Of a DNA stretch of 64,000 nucleotides, positions 26,727 through 35,340 are shown in pieces. The notes under the pieces were generated by a model that worked only from the letters and a program-made list of their open reading frames with translations, was not told the DNA's origin and ran no database searches. The stretch spans positions 14,158 to 78,157 of the forward strand of contig JAHCAX010000008.1 in the NCBI GenBank assembly GCA_019634675.1, given 5' to 3'. This DNA is from Candidatus Acheromyda pituitae. Lineage in GTDB: Bacteria > Chlamydiota > Chlamydiia > Chlamydiales > Rhabdochlamydiaceae. How positions within the stretch are numbered: the first letter of the stretch is position 1; each line of letters starts with the position of its first letter. Position numbers and translations under genes: made by a program.

Positions 26727-28202
26727 ATGCTCTTCTGCATCGCGACAGGGCCCACCCTTTTAGAAGCGAAAAACACTGTCAATCAGGCGCTTAACAAGGC
26801 GCAAGGGATCGAGCTGCGGTTCGATCTTTTTCAGACGATTGATCTTAAAGGGATTAAAGAACTGGTGGATGCGCTGGGGCATAGCCGCTCCATCAAGCTC
26901 CTATTCACTTTGCGCCCTGTGCGCCAGGGAGGGGAGTACAAAGGATCGGAAGAGTCGAGGCTTTCCCTTTTAAAGGAGCTATGCGCCCTGGGGCCTGACT
27001 ATGTCGATCTCGAATGCGACGTCCCATTGCAGCACTGGAAAGAGTTCGCAGCGCAATTCCCCAAGATCCAGTTCATCTGCTCCTTTCATGATTTCGTCCA
27101 TGCTCCAAAGGACCTCGACAAGCTGCTATCAAACATGAAAAATCCTTATGCGAGCATCTATAAGATCGCTGTGATGGCCCATGCATCGCATGATGCGTTG
27201 CATATGATGGAGTTTGTCAGGAGGAACAAAGAGACATGTCAGCTGATCGGGATTGCGATGGGGGAGGCTGGAGTTATTTCTCGAGTCCTCGGACCTGTTG
27301 CAGGAAATTACTTTGACTACGCTTCTGTCTTTCAAACAACCGCTCCTGGGCAGCTCAGCATCGAACAAATGGAAAAACCCTACCGCCACTCCCAACTCAA
27401 CACTAAGACGGCGCTCTATGGACTGATCGGGTATCCAACTGAAAAAAGTCTGGGGCACAAGATCCATAATGCTGTCTTTGAGGCCCATCGCGCCAACGCT
27501 GTTTATGTGAAGATGCCTGTTCGTCCTGAAGAACTGTCCTCTTTCATTGAGTCGGCCAAAGCCCTTCCCTTTAAAGGGCTCAGTGTCACGATGCCTCTTA
27601 AAGAAGAGGTCCTCCGATCGCTTGATTCTTTGAGCCTTTCTGCTCAGGCCATTGGAGCTGTGAATACGATCGTTGTCGAAAATGGCAAATGGATAGGACA
27701 TAATACAGATGGGATCGGAGCTCTCAACGCAGTCGAAGCAAAAATCCCTGTCAAAGACAAGCAGGTCCTCATCATTGGCGCAGGAGGCGCTGCCAAAGCG
27801 ATCATCTATGAGGCTCTTCAACGAGGAGCGCATGTTACCGTCTTAAACCGTACTCCGTCAAAAGCTAAAGCGCTGGCCAGCCTCTATCATTGCGAGGGGG
27901 GCGGGTTTGAACTTTTTCCTAAAGTCCTTAAAAAAGGGTACGATATCCTGATCAATACGATACCAGAAGGGGAGCTGATCGATGAAGAATGGATCCTTCC
28001 CAACAGTGTTGCCATGGATATTGTTTATATTCCCAAAAATACTCCGTTTTTGCTAAAAGCTTCCCGGAAAAACTGCAGTCTTGTTTTCGGGTATGAGATG
28101 TTCATCGGCCAGGCCATTGAACAGCAGCTCATTTGGTTTCCTGAAAATAAAGGCAGTATGCTGAGGCAAATCATCGAGCCGATTGTCCTCGCAGAATTTT
28201 AG
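26727..28202 (+). CDS. aroDE: bifunctional 3-dehydroquinate dehydratase (type I) / shikimate 5-dehydrogenase fusion
   Basis: The N-terminal half has a type I DHQase-like IYKIAVMA (Schiff-base Lys context). The C-terminal half has the SVTMPLK, NTDGIG and GAGGAAKA shikimate dehydrogenase motifs. Confidence 0.9.
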   Translation: MLFCIATGPTLLEAKNTVNQALNKAQGIELRFDLFQTIDLKGIKELVDALGHSRSIKLLFTLRPVRQGGEYKGSEESRLSLLKELCALGPDYVDLECDVPLQHWKEFAAQFPKIQFICSFHDFVHAPKDLDKLLSNMKNPYASIYKIAVMAHASHDALHMMEFVRRNKETCQLIGIAMGEAGVISRVLGPVAGNYFDYASVFQTTAPGQLSIEQMEKPYRHSQLNTKTALYGLIGYPTEKSLGHKIHNAVFEAHRANAVYVKMPVRPEELSSFIESAKALPFKGLSVTMPLKEEVLRSLDSLSLSAQAIGAVNTIVVENGKWIGHNTDGIGALNAVEAKIPVKDKQVLIIGAGGAAKAIIYEALQRGAHVTVLNRTPSKAKALASLYHCEGGGFELFPKVLKKGYDILINTIPEGELIDEEWILPNSVAMDIVYIPKNTPFLLKASRKNCSLVFGYEMFIGQAIEQQLIWFPENKGSMLRQIIEPIVLAEF

Positions 28203-28220
28203 ACCCTGAGGAGAACGTTT

Positions 28221-29027
28221 ATGAAGCTCCGCTCACGAATCCTATATTTCACATTTACGATTTTTTCCTTTTGCGCCACTCTCCATGCATCGAAGCTGGT
28301 GACAGATACGAACGATATGGCCCACGCTTTAAATTATGTGGCTGAAGGGACCTTGTTCGTCTTCGACCTCGATAATACGTTGATTGAAACATCTCAACAT
28401 TTAGGCTCAGACCAATGGTTTACCCATCGAGTCCAGCATTTTGTGGACAAAGGGCACTCCATCGACGAAGCTCTGAAGCTTGTCGTTCCGAACTGGCTTG
28501 CCATTCAAAGCAAAACCCACATGCGCACTGTCGATCCATCCATCCCAGAGCTTTTAAAGAAAATGCACCAGTCCCATGTCTCGATGGTCGCGCTGACCAA
28601 GCGTCCTCCTGTGCTTGCTCCTCGTACGTTAGAGCAGCTTGCGCCTTTGCAAATCGACTTCTCAAAGACGTCGGAAATTGCAGGTCCGATCGTTTTCCCA
28701 GAGTTAAAAGACTCCCTTTATCGCGATGGGATCATCTTTGTAGCTCCCGAACTGGAAAAAGGTCCTGTTCTTAGCGCATTCATTAAAAAGATGAAGACTC
28801 CTCCCAAGAAGATCGTTCTGATCGATGATAAGATGAGCCACATCCAAAATGTCGCTTTGGCCATAGAATCCTTTCATATTCCCTTCGTTGGCATCCGGTA
28901 TGGAGGAGCAGATGAAAAAGTGAAAAGCTTTGATCCGAAGATCGCCGATATGCAGTGGGAGTATTTCGAAAAGATCCTCACAGACGAACAAGCGCAGCAA
29001 CTGCTGCAGCTCCGTAAAGAGAGTTAG
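28221..29027 (+). CDS. secreted HAD-superfamily hydrolase-like protein
   Basis: Signal-peptide-like N-terminus MKLRSRILYFTFTIFSFCATLHA. FVFDLDNTLIE (DxDxT) and LIDDK motifs. Confidence 0.6.
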   Translation: MKLRSRILYFTFTIFSFCATLHASKLVTDTNDMAHALNYVAEGTLFVFDLDNTLIETSQHLGSDQWFTHRVQHFVDKGHSIDEALKLVVPNWLAIQSKTHMRTVDPSIPELLKKMHQSHVSMVALTKRPPVLAPRTLEQLAPLQIDFSKTSEIAGPIVFPELKDSLYRDGIIFVAPELEKGPVLSAFIKKMKTPPKKIVLIDDKMSHIQNVALAIESFHIPFVGIRYGGADEKVKSFDPKIADMQWEYFEKILTDEQAQQLLQLRKES

Positions 29028-29033
29028 TAATCT

Positions 29034-30026
29034 ATGCGTGCAATGGTTTTAGAAGCTCCTCAAAATCCTCTACGATTAGTTAATATGCCTATTCCTGAAC
29101 CTCAGGAAGGACAAATCCTTTTAGAAGTTAAAGCATGTGCGGCTTGCCGTACCGATTTACACATTTTCGATGGGGAGATTCCTCTTCCTCGATCGCCGTT
29201 AATATTAGGGCATCAGGTCGTTGGGATAGTTAAGCGGCTAGGGCCCAAAGCAAAACGCTTTAAGATCGGACAACGGGTGGGTGCAGCTTGGGTCGGTAAA
29301 ACTTGCGGAGCGTGCCGTTTTTGTCTTTCAAATCGAGAAAACCTTTGCGAGAGCGCATTATTTACCGGGTATCATTATGATGGAGGTTTTGCGGAATTTT
29401 GTACGGCGAATGAAGATTATTGCTATCTTTTACCTGATTGTTATTCCGATTCACAAGTAGCTCCTCTTCTATGCGGAGGATTAATTGGTTTTCGGGCTCT
29501 TCGGAAAACCGGATCTGCTCAAAAGTTAGGTTTCTATGGATTTGGGTCATCTGCGCATATTTTAATTCAAATAGCCAAACATCAGGGAAAAGAGGTCTAT
29601 GCATTTACCCGGCATGGAGATGAATCAGCGCAAAGTTTAGCCAAAAAACTAGGAGCTGTTTGGGCTGGCTCTTCAGAGGAAATGCCTCCCGTCCTCTTGG
29701 ATGCCGCAATTATTTTTGCCCCAGTAGGAAAATTAGTGCCTCAAGCTCTTCGAGCAGTTGACAAAGGGGGATCTGTTGTGTGCGCTGGCATCCATATGAG
29801 CGATATACCTTCTTTCCCATATGAGCTTATTTATGGAGAGCGTCTTGTCCAATCGGTTGCCAACCTCACACGCGATGATGGGGAGAAATTTTTTGAAATT
29901 GCATCCCGCCTTTTGATCCATACTCAAGTAGCATCTTATTCCCTTGAAGAAGCAAATAGAGCATTATGCGATTTAAGAGAGGGAAAAATAACAGGATCTG
30001 CGGTTATTTCAGTATCGGAGCAATAA
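29034..30026 (+). CDS. zinc-dependent alcohol dehydrogenase family oxidoreductase
   Basis: CRTDLH, GHQVVGIV and CGACRFCLSNRENLC structural-zinc motifs. Confidence 0.85.
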   Translation: MRAMVLEAPQNPLRLVNMPIPEPQEGQILLEVKACAACRTDLHIFDGEIPLPRSPLILGHQVVGIVKRLGPKAKRFKIGQRVGAAWVGKTCGACRFCLSNRENLCESALFTGYHYDGGFAEFCTANEDYCYLLPDCYSDSQVAPLLCGGLIGFRALRKTGSAQKLGFYGFGSSAHILIQIAKHQGKEVYAFTRHGDESAQSLAKKLGAVWAGSSEEMPPVLLDAAIIFAPVGKLVPQALRAVDKGGSVVCAGIHMSDIPSFPYELIYGERLVQSVANLTRDDGEKFFEIASRLLIHTQVASYSLEEANRALCDLREGKITGSAVISVSEQ

Positions 30027-30096
30027 ACTATTGAGGGAATTGCAAAATCATCGATGTATCCGGCCAAAGCAGTTTTGCAACTGTCTTTGAAGTTTT

Positions 30097-30522
30097 TTAA
30101 CTGCAATTTGGATTTGTGATCGATTCAACAGACATTTTCCATCTCTGGTTGATGGTTGCTACTTCCGCATCCTGCCGTTGTTCCATTGCTTCTTTCATTT
30201 TCTGCTTTAAACGTTCGCAATAGGAAATCGTCTCTGAAGAAAGAGAAGAAGCTGTTCGAGAACTTTTCTGAGTATCTTGGTGTTGCGACTCTGGCCTGAT
30301 GAGAGGAGCCTCTGAAATTTGTTCTTGGCTAAATTGAGTCTGAGAATTCTCTGATACTCTTCGTTTTGCATCTTTTTCCCAATCCTCTTTGGCTTTAATG
30401 ATCAAAGCATCAATATGTTCCTGGGAAACGCGTTTGCGTTTAGCGCCAGATTCAATCGGTTGCGATTGAATCCCTTCATGCAGAGAAGGGGAGTCGACAC
30501 GGCGAGGAAAGGACGCGCTCAT
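30097..30522 (-). CDS. hypothetical charged 141-aa protein
   Basis: The ORF start overlaps the upstream transporter stop by 4 nt. No motif recognised. Confidence 0.45.
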   Translation of the reverse strand: MSASFPRRVDSPSLHEGIQSQPIESGAKRKRVSQEHIDALIIKAKEDWEKDAKRRVSENSQTQFSQEQISEAPLIRPESQHQDTQKSSRTASSLSSETISYCERLKQKMKEAMEQRQDAEVATINQRWKMSVESITNPNCS

Positions 30523-31799
30523 TCAAAGACCTCTTTTTCAAGAACATGCTTTTCACCTTCTGTGCGTGCAACGAGAACGGCGCAGCAGCTATCGCTGAAG
30601 ACGTTGACAGTTGTGCGGCACATGTCCAAGATCCTGTCTACTGCGATGAACAGCCCGATCCCTTCCACAGGAAGGCCGATCGCTTTCAAGATCACAATGA
30701 CGGCAACCAAACTGGCTGATGGAACGCCCGCTACGCCGATCGAGGTGATTAGGGCTAATAGGACAACAATAAATTGGGTCGAGAAGGAAAGGTCGATCCC
30801 ATATGCTTGGGCGACGAACATCGCGGCAACGCATTCATAAAGGGCGGATCCCGACATGTTCAAAGAGGTCCCAAGCGGGATGACCAAGCTGCAGATCCTG
30901 TTGGAAACTCCAGCCCTTTTTTCGACGCAATCGATTGTTATCGGAAGAGTTGCTGAAGAGGAGCTTGTCGAAAAGGCGGTGATCAATGCAGGCGCCATTG
31001 CCTTAAAGTGGCGGTAAGGCTTGACTTTGGCGACATACTTCAAAATTAAAGGGAGGGCGACAAAGACGAATGTTAGAAGCCCTAAGATCACCGACAAGGT
31101 GAAGAGCCCTAAAGAATGGAGCGATTCAACGCCGGTTGTAGCAAACACTTTGGCTACCAAGCAGAACACCCCTAAAGGGAGGAATTTCATGACCATGTGG
31201 GTGATGCGTATCATTGCTTGGAAGATCCCTTGCCAGAACCCGATTAGGATCGAAGAGGGGTGGGATTCGATTTTGGAAATGGAATAGCCGAAGATCAAAC
31301 TGAAGAAGATCAACCCGAGCATCTGCCCATGGGAAAACGCTTCAACGACGTTGGATGGGATAATTTGCAGGATTACTTCTGTGATCTTGTGCCCTTCTTG
31401 CGTGCTCAAGTGCTGTTGGACAGATGAGGCGTCGATCGTTGCATAGTTCTTTAGTGTATCGGGATGGATCACTGATCCAGGATTGAAGAGATTGACAAAG
31501 AGGAGGCCAAGGAGAATGGCGACTAGGCTTGTCGCAATGTAGAAGGTAAACGTTTTTAGACCAAGGCGGCCGAATGCAGCGTCGTTGCCGATCCGGGCTA
31601 CCCCAGTGATGATGGAAGATGAGACGAGGGGAACAACAACTAAGGTCAACGCATTGATGAACAGTTTGCCGAGCAAATCATAAGCGGAATAAAGTTTGAT
31701 GCCAAAAATTGCAGTTTCCGTTCCAGACCAGGAACCGGCAAACATTGCCAGTACGATGGCGATAAAAATGAGCCAAGGGGACTTTTTCTTTTTGTGCAT
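30519..31799 (-). CDS. dicarboxylate/amino acid:cation symporter (DAACS, GltP-like)
   Basis: Multi-TM protein with AFSTSSSSATLPITI and VDRILDMCRT motifs typical of the family. Confidence 0.85.
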   Translation of the reverse strand: MHKKKKSPWLIFIAIVLAMFAGSWSGTETAIFGIKLYSAYDLLGKLFINALTLVVVPLVSSSIITGVARIGNDAAFGRLGLKTFTFYIATSLVAILLGLLFVNLFNPGSVIHPDTLKNYATIDASSVQQHLSTQEGHKITEVILQIIPSNVVEAFSHGQMLGLIFFSLIFGYSISKIESHPSSILIGFWQGIFQAMIRITHMVMKFLPLGVFCLVAKVFATTGVESLHSLGLFTLSVILGLLTFVFVALPLILKYVAKVKPYRHFKAMAPALITAFSTSSSSATLPITIDCVEKRAGVSNRICSLVIPLGTSLNMSGSALYECVAAMFVAQAYGIDLSFSTQFIVVLLALITSIGVAGVPSASLVAVIVILKAIGLPVEGIGLFIAVDRILDMCRTTVNVFSDSCCAVLVARTEGEKHVLEKEVFE

Positions 31800-31901
31800 A
31801 ACAATGTTCCTTACAATTCGATCGAATAACCCAGTAATCCTAGCAGAAAGACAACTTTTTAATCCACTTGTAAGGTGAAAAAGAAAGGGATAGGAACTTC
31901 T

Positions 31902-32606
31902 TTAAAGGCTGCCGCCGCCATCGATGCAGATCGTCTGGCCGGTGATGTATCCGGCCTCCTCGGAGAGTAGAAATCCGATCAAGGCTGCAACTTCAGAGGG
32001 GAATCCGACCCTTTGCATAGGGATTCCGGCTAAAAGGTCCTTTTCAGCGGGGCTTCCTTTGGGCCGTGAGCGGCGTAAAAGCTCGGTCTCGATAGGACCC
32101 GGAGCTACTGCATTGACAGTGATTGCAAAGGGGGCTAGCTCCAATGCCCAAGTCCGTGTGCAGCCGATAAGAGCGCTTTTTGCTGCAGAATACACTGTCC
32201 GGTTGGCCGATCCAAAGATCGCCCGTGAGGAGATGTTGATGATCCGACCCCACTTCCGCATTTTCATGCCTTGGCAAAATGCCTGGGCAGCTAGGATAGC
32301 CGAGCGGACATTGAGGTCCATGATCATTTGATAGGTATCAAGATCGATCTTTTCGAGGGGCTGAGGGAAATTTGTGCCGACATTGTTGATGAGCGCATCG
32401 ATGGAAAATTTTTTATCGATTTCACTAAAGACCTCTTTTGTCTCGTCCGCCTTGCTAAGGTCGCATTGAAACAGTTTTCCGGGAAATGGGGCATTAGTCT
32501 GGGAACGGGCGATCCCAATGATTTGATAGCCGCGGTCTGCAAGCCATTGGGCCGCAGCCAGTCCTATCCCTTTCGTCGCGCCTGTGATCAAGACATTTTT
32601 TTTCAT
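31902..32606 (-). CDS. short-chain dehydrogenase/reductase (FabG-like)
   Basis: TGATKGIG, NNVG and YSAAKSAL motifs. Start set at ATG 32606 (ATGA overlap with the upstream ORF stop). Confidence 0.85.
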   Translation of the reverse strand: MKKNVLITGATKGIGLAAAQWLADRGYQIIGIARSQTNAPFPGKLFQCDLSKADETKEVFSEIDKKFSIDALINNVGTNFPQPLEKIDLDTYQMIMDLNVRSAILAAQAFCQGMKMRKWGRIINISSRAIFGSANRTVYSAAKSALIGCTRTWALELAPFAITVNAVAPGPIETELLRRSRPKGSPAEKDLLAGIPMQRVGFPSEVAALIGFLLSEEAGYITGQTICIDGGGSL

Positions 32607-33052
32607 TTGCCGACCATTTTTATTTGCAGCCATTCATTCAAGCCATAATAGAGCCGGTTTGTCGTATTTGGCAGAGCGGCGTAAGCTGCCACGAGCAAAG
32701 GAAAGACAAAGAAGATTGAAAGGTCGAAAATGCTGATGGAAAGGTGGTAGACCCCTTCGCTGATGTAATATCCTGGCCGGTCCATTTCAAAGTAGTTTTT
32801 TGCAATAACAGATGTTGTTGCCAGGAATAACTTCGATCCGGCGACCGTTAAATTATAGATCGCTCCAGCAGCAGCAAAAAAAGGGAGGGTGATCGTACAA
32901 AAAATAATTCGTATCAGGACTCGCAGGGGCCTTCCTGGAAGCGGCAGTTCATCATCTTCAACACCGATCTGAGAGCGGTTCATCACGCTTAAGAAAGCGT
33001 CGGCTCCGGAGAAATTGGGCATCGAATCTAAGCTTTGCAAGGTTTGAGCCAT
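32603..33052 (-). CDS. small membrane protein, unknown function
   Basis: Two long hydrophobic stretches (IIFCTITLPFFAAAGAIYNLTVAG.., FDLSIFFVFPLLVAAYAAL). Translationally coupled to the SDR gene. Confidence 0.5.
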   Translation of the reverse strand: MAQTLQSLDSMPNFSGADAFLSVMNRSQIGVEDDELPLPGRPLRVLIRIIFCTITLPFFAAAGAIYNLTVAGSKLFLATTSVIAKNYFEMDRPGYYISEGVYHLSISIFDLSIFFVFPLLVAAYAALPNTTNRLYYGLNEWLQIKMVGK

Positions 33053-33107
33053 GCTAATTCCCCTTGGTTATTGATCTCAAAGATATACACAAACAAAATG
33101 AAAAAAC

Positions 33108-34112
33108 TCAAGTTTTTGCCATTTGAGCTTGAAAACCTGAAAGGGAAAGGCCTCCGCCCGAATGGACAAAGAGGATGTTGCCTTTAAGCTGGTCATCGCT
33201 AATAATCCGCTGCCCCTCATCGAACAGCTTGGCTGTAAAAATAGGATCGGTCAGAAAGCCCTCTTGCCGCGCAATGCAGGAGATTGTTTGGAAGACCCGG
33301 GCATTTGTGGCGCCAAACGATGGGGCATTTTGGGGAACATAGGTCTTATAAAGAAATGTTGAGGGAAGGGGTGTGTTAAAAAGGAAGGCCCAGTCATGCG
33401 AACGCTCAGCTAAGACCTTTTGAAAAGCATCGTCTGATTGGGCAATGAGCAGGACATGGACGGTGCACGGTTTCTTTAATGCGGCAAAAGCAAGGATGAG
33501 AGCTGCTGCCATCATTCCCGTGCCGGCATCGACAAAGACATGGTCGAATGGGCCGCCGATCTCTTGTTCATGGGACAAGATCTGTTCAGCCAAGGTCAAT
33601 GCGCCGGGAAGGGCTTCGCGGCAATTTCCTCCTTTCGGAATGATCGAAACGGGGATTCCATTTTTGTTCTGAATCGTCTGATAATCTTTTGCTAATGCAT
33701 CCAGGTTTTCCCAATTTCCTCTCGAAATCCAATGGATGTTCTCCTTGGCGGCAAAAAGAGACGACCACAATGCATTGCCATGCAATGGCTGATTGGAATC
33801 TCCGAGTAAAAACAAGACCGGTTCGATCTGCTGTTCGCGGAGCAGCTGCGAGATCGAAAGGACGTGATTGGAAAAACTTCCGCCCATGACGACAGCTTCT
33901 TTAGGATTTTCCTTAAAGATCGCTGGCAAGAGGGAAAGATACTTTCTTAGTTTGGAGCCGCTGATGCCGAAGCCTAGCTCATCATCCCGTTTGACATAGC
34001 ACGTCCGATCGGCGCAAGAAAAAGAATGCAGCTTATGGATCCGCGATCGGTGCGGGAAAGGGAGAAGGGGATAGGTAGCAATCAATGGCGTCAGAGCGGT
34101 CATAATCTTCAT
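33108..34112 (-). CDS. PLP-dependent ACC deaminase / D-cysteine desulfhydrase family protein
   Basis: YVKRDDELGFGISGSKLRKY (PLP-Lys context) and HSGGG near the C-terminus. Confidence 0.75.
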   Translation of the reverse strand: MKIMTALTPLIATYPLLPFPHRSRIHKLHSFSCADRTCYVKRDDELGFGISGSKLRKYLSLLPAIFKENPKEAVVMGGSFSNHVLSISQLLREQQIEPVLFLLGDSNQPLHGNALWSSLFAAKENIHWISRGNWENLDALAKDYQTIQNKNGIPVSIIPKGGNCREALPGALTLAEQILSHEQEIGGPFDHVFVDAGTGMMAAALILAFAALKKPCTVHVLLIAQSDDAFQKVLAERSHDWAFLFNTPLPSTFLYKTYVPQNAPSFGATNARVFQTISCIARQEGFLTDPIFTAKLFDEGQRIISDDQLKGNILFVHSGGGLSLSGFQAQMAKT

Positions 34113-34151
34113 TATATGCGCACAGGGAATTTTGGTCTTTGAAACGTTGAA

Positions 34152-35105
34152 TTATACGTTCGAGATGATCCGGTCGATCAGTAAATGAGGAGTTGTTTCC
34201 GTCACATGATGTGTCTTTACAAATTCCTTCACACATTTGGTGAGGTCTTCTATCCCATCAATCCGATCTGAGCCAAAGCTAGGATTATAAAAGTAGCCCC
34301 TGCCGTTTCCTAGATTGATCCAATTTACCCGATGGGATGAGGAGTAGACTGCGTAGGCTCCAGGTGGAAGAGCGCAGAACTCCTCTGCAATTTGCCGATC
34401 GGTTTGCCGGATCGGATCGCAGTGGAGCAGGTCAAGTTGACGGCCTAAGTTGAGAACTTGGGTAGTCGCTTCTTCGTTAAGGGAATGCAAGAGGGAAGCT
34501 TCTCTTGGCGCTCCGGCCTCGAACTGCTTCGTGACTGCTTTAATGTGCTCATCAGGATTGGTGAATTGGGCCTGCGTCTTAAAATAGAGATAAAGGAACC
34601 AATTGGCCATGCCGCGGCATATTCCGTTCCGATGGAAGAAATGGATCCCTTGGTTTCTATCATCGATGTCGTGTATTTCAAATGTTGGATGCGCTCCAGG
34701 CTCAATGGAGGATTGCAAATAGAGATCATCGGTGTCTGTGCGGTGGGAGTTGAGGCTGGCCATTAAAAAGCGATCGCCCATTTCATAGAAATGGGTCAGA
34801 TACAATGTCGATGCCATCGCGTGGCGTGAGGCAACATGGCATCGTTTGGCCAAATCGGTCGCTCCTATGCTGTTGAGAAGGCAGGTTACGGACTTCAAGA
34901 AGAGGGCAATGATATCCTGGAATGTGGAGTCGACCTCCCATTTAAACACTTCCCATCGATCGTTTAATTTGGATGAGGCGCTTGAAAGCGGGCTTGCCGC
35001 TTGCCGGTTGATTTGGTCGATCGCTTCTTGCCCGCTTAGATATGCGCGCAGCGAAGTAGCCGAATCTAATAATTGAGGTGAGAAGCAGTTTTGAGCGGTT
35101 GCCAT
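34152..35105 (-). CDS. hypothetical protein with papain-fold (YopT/C58-like) Cys...His...Asn signature
   Basis: GICRGMANWF, then about 95 aa later SSSHRVNWIN, then YFYNPSFG. AT-rich divergent promoter region upstream. Confidence 0.55.
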   Translation of the reverse strand: MATAQNCFSPQLLDSATSLRAYLSGQEAIDQINRQAASPLSSASSKLNDRWEVFKWEVDSTFQDIIALFLKSVTCLLNSIGATDLAKRCHVASRHAMASTLYLTHFYEMGDRFLMASLNSHRTDTDDLYLQSSIEPGAHPTFEIHDIDDRNQGIHFFHRNGICRGMANWFLYLYFKTQAQFTNPDEHIKAVTKQFEAGAPREASLLHSLNEEATTQVLNLGRQLDLLHCDPIRQTDRQIAEEFCALPPGAYAVYSSSHRVNWINLGNGRGYFYNPSFGSDRIDGIEDLTKCVKEFVKTHHVTETTPHLLIDRIISNV

Positions 35106-35275
35106 TTGCCTTCATTTTTTTTTGCAGACATTGTAAGGCATCTTCACGTTAAAAAAAATATTAAACATTAATTGAATCTTGTTGTTTTCTGGAATTAAAA
35201 GACACAAATCCAATTGGTTGTGTAATTGTGTTGAATGTTAAACCATTTCATTTCACGTTAATATTATATTAATAA

Positions 35276-35290
35276 AATTTTTGTATAATT
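35276..35290 (+). promoter_or_regulatory. T-tract plus TATAAT promoter-like string
   Basis: AATTTTTGTATAATT, 51 nt upstream of ATG 35341. An identical 15-mer lies upstream of gene 46935..47954 (47987-48001, - strand). Confidence 0.45.
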
Positions 35291-35340
35291 ATGTTAATTT
35301 TGACATGCTTCTGTTGTTTATAATAATAATTTAGGTTTTT

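Noticed and set aside
32603-33052. Inc-like (bilobed hydrophobic domain) inclusion-membrane proteins: 32603..33052, the C-terminal hydrophobic stretch of 46935..47954, and the N-terminus of 48130..49368.
   Set aside because: Hydrophobic stretches of roughly the right length exist, but bilobed-domain calling needs hydropathy computation and a confirmed chlamydial host. There is not enough evidence by eye to call Inc proteins.
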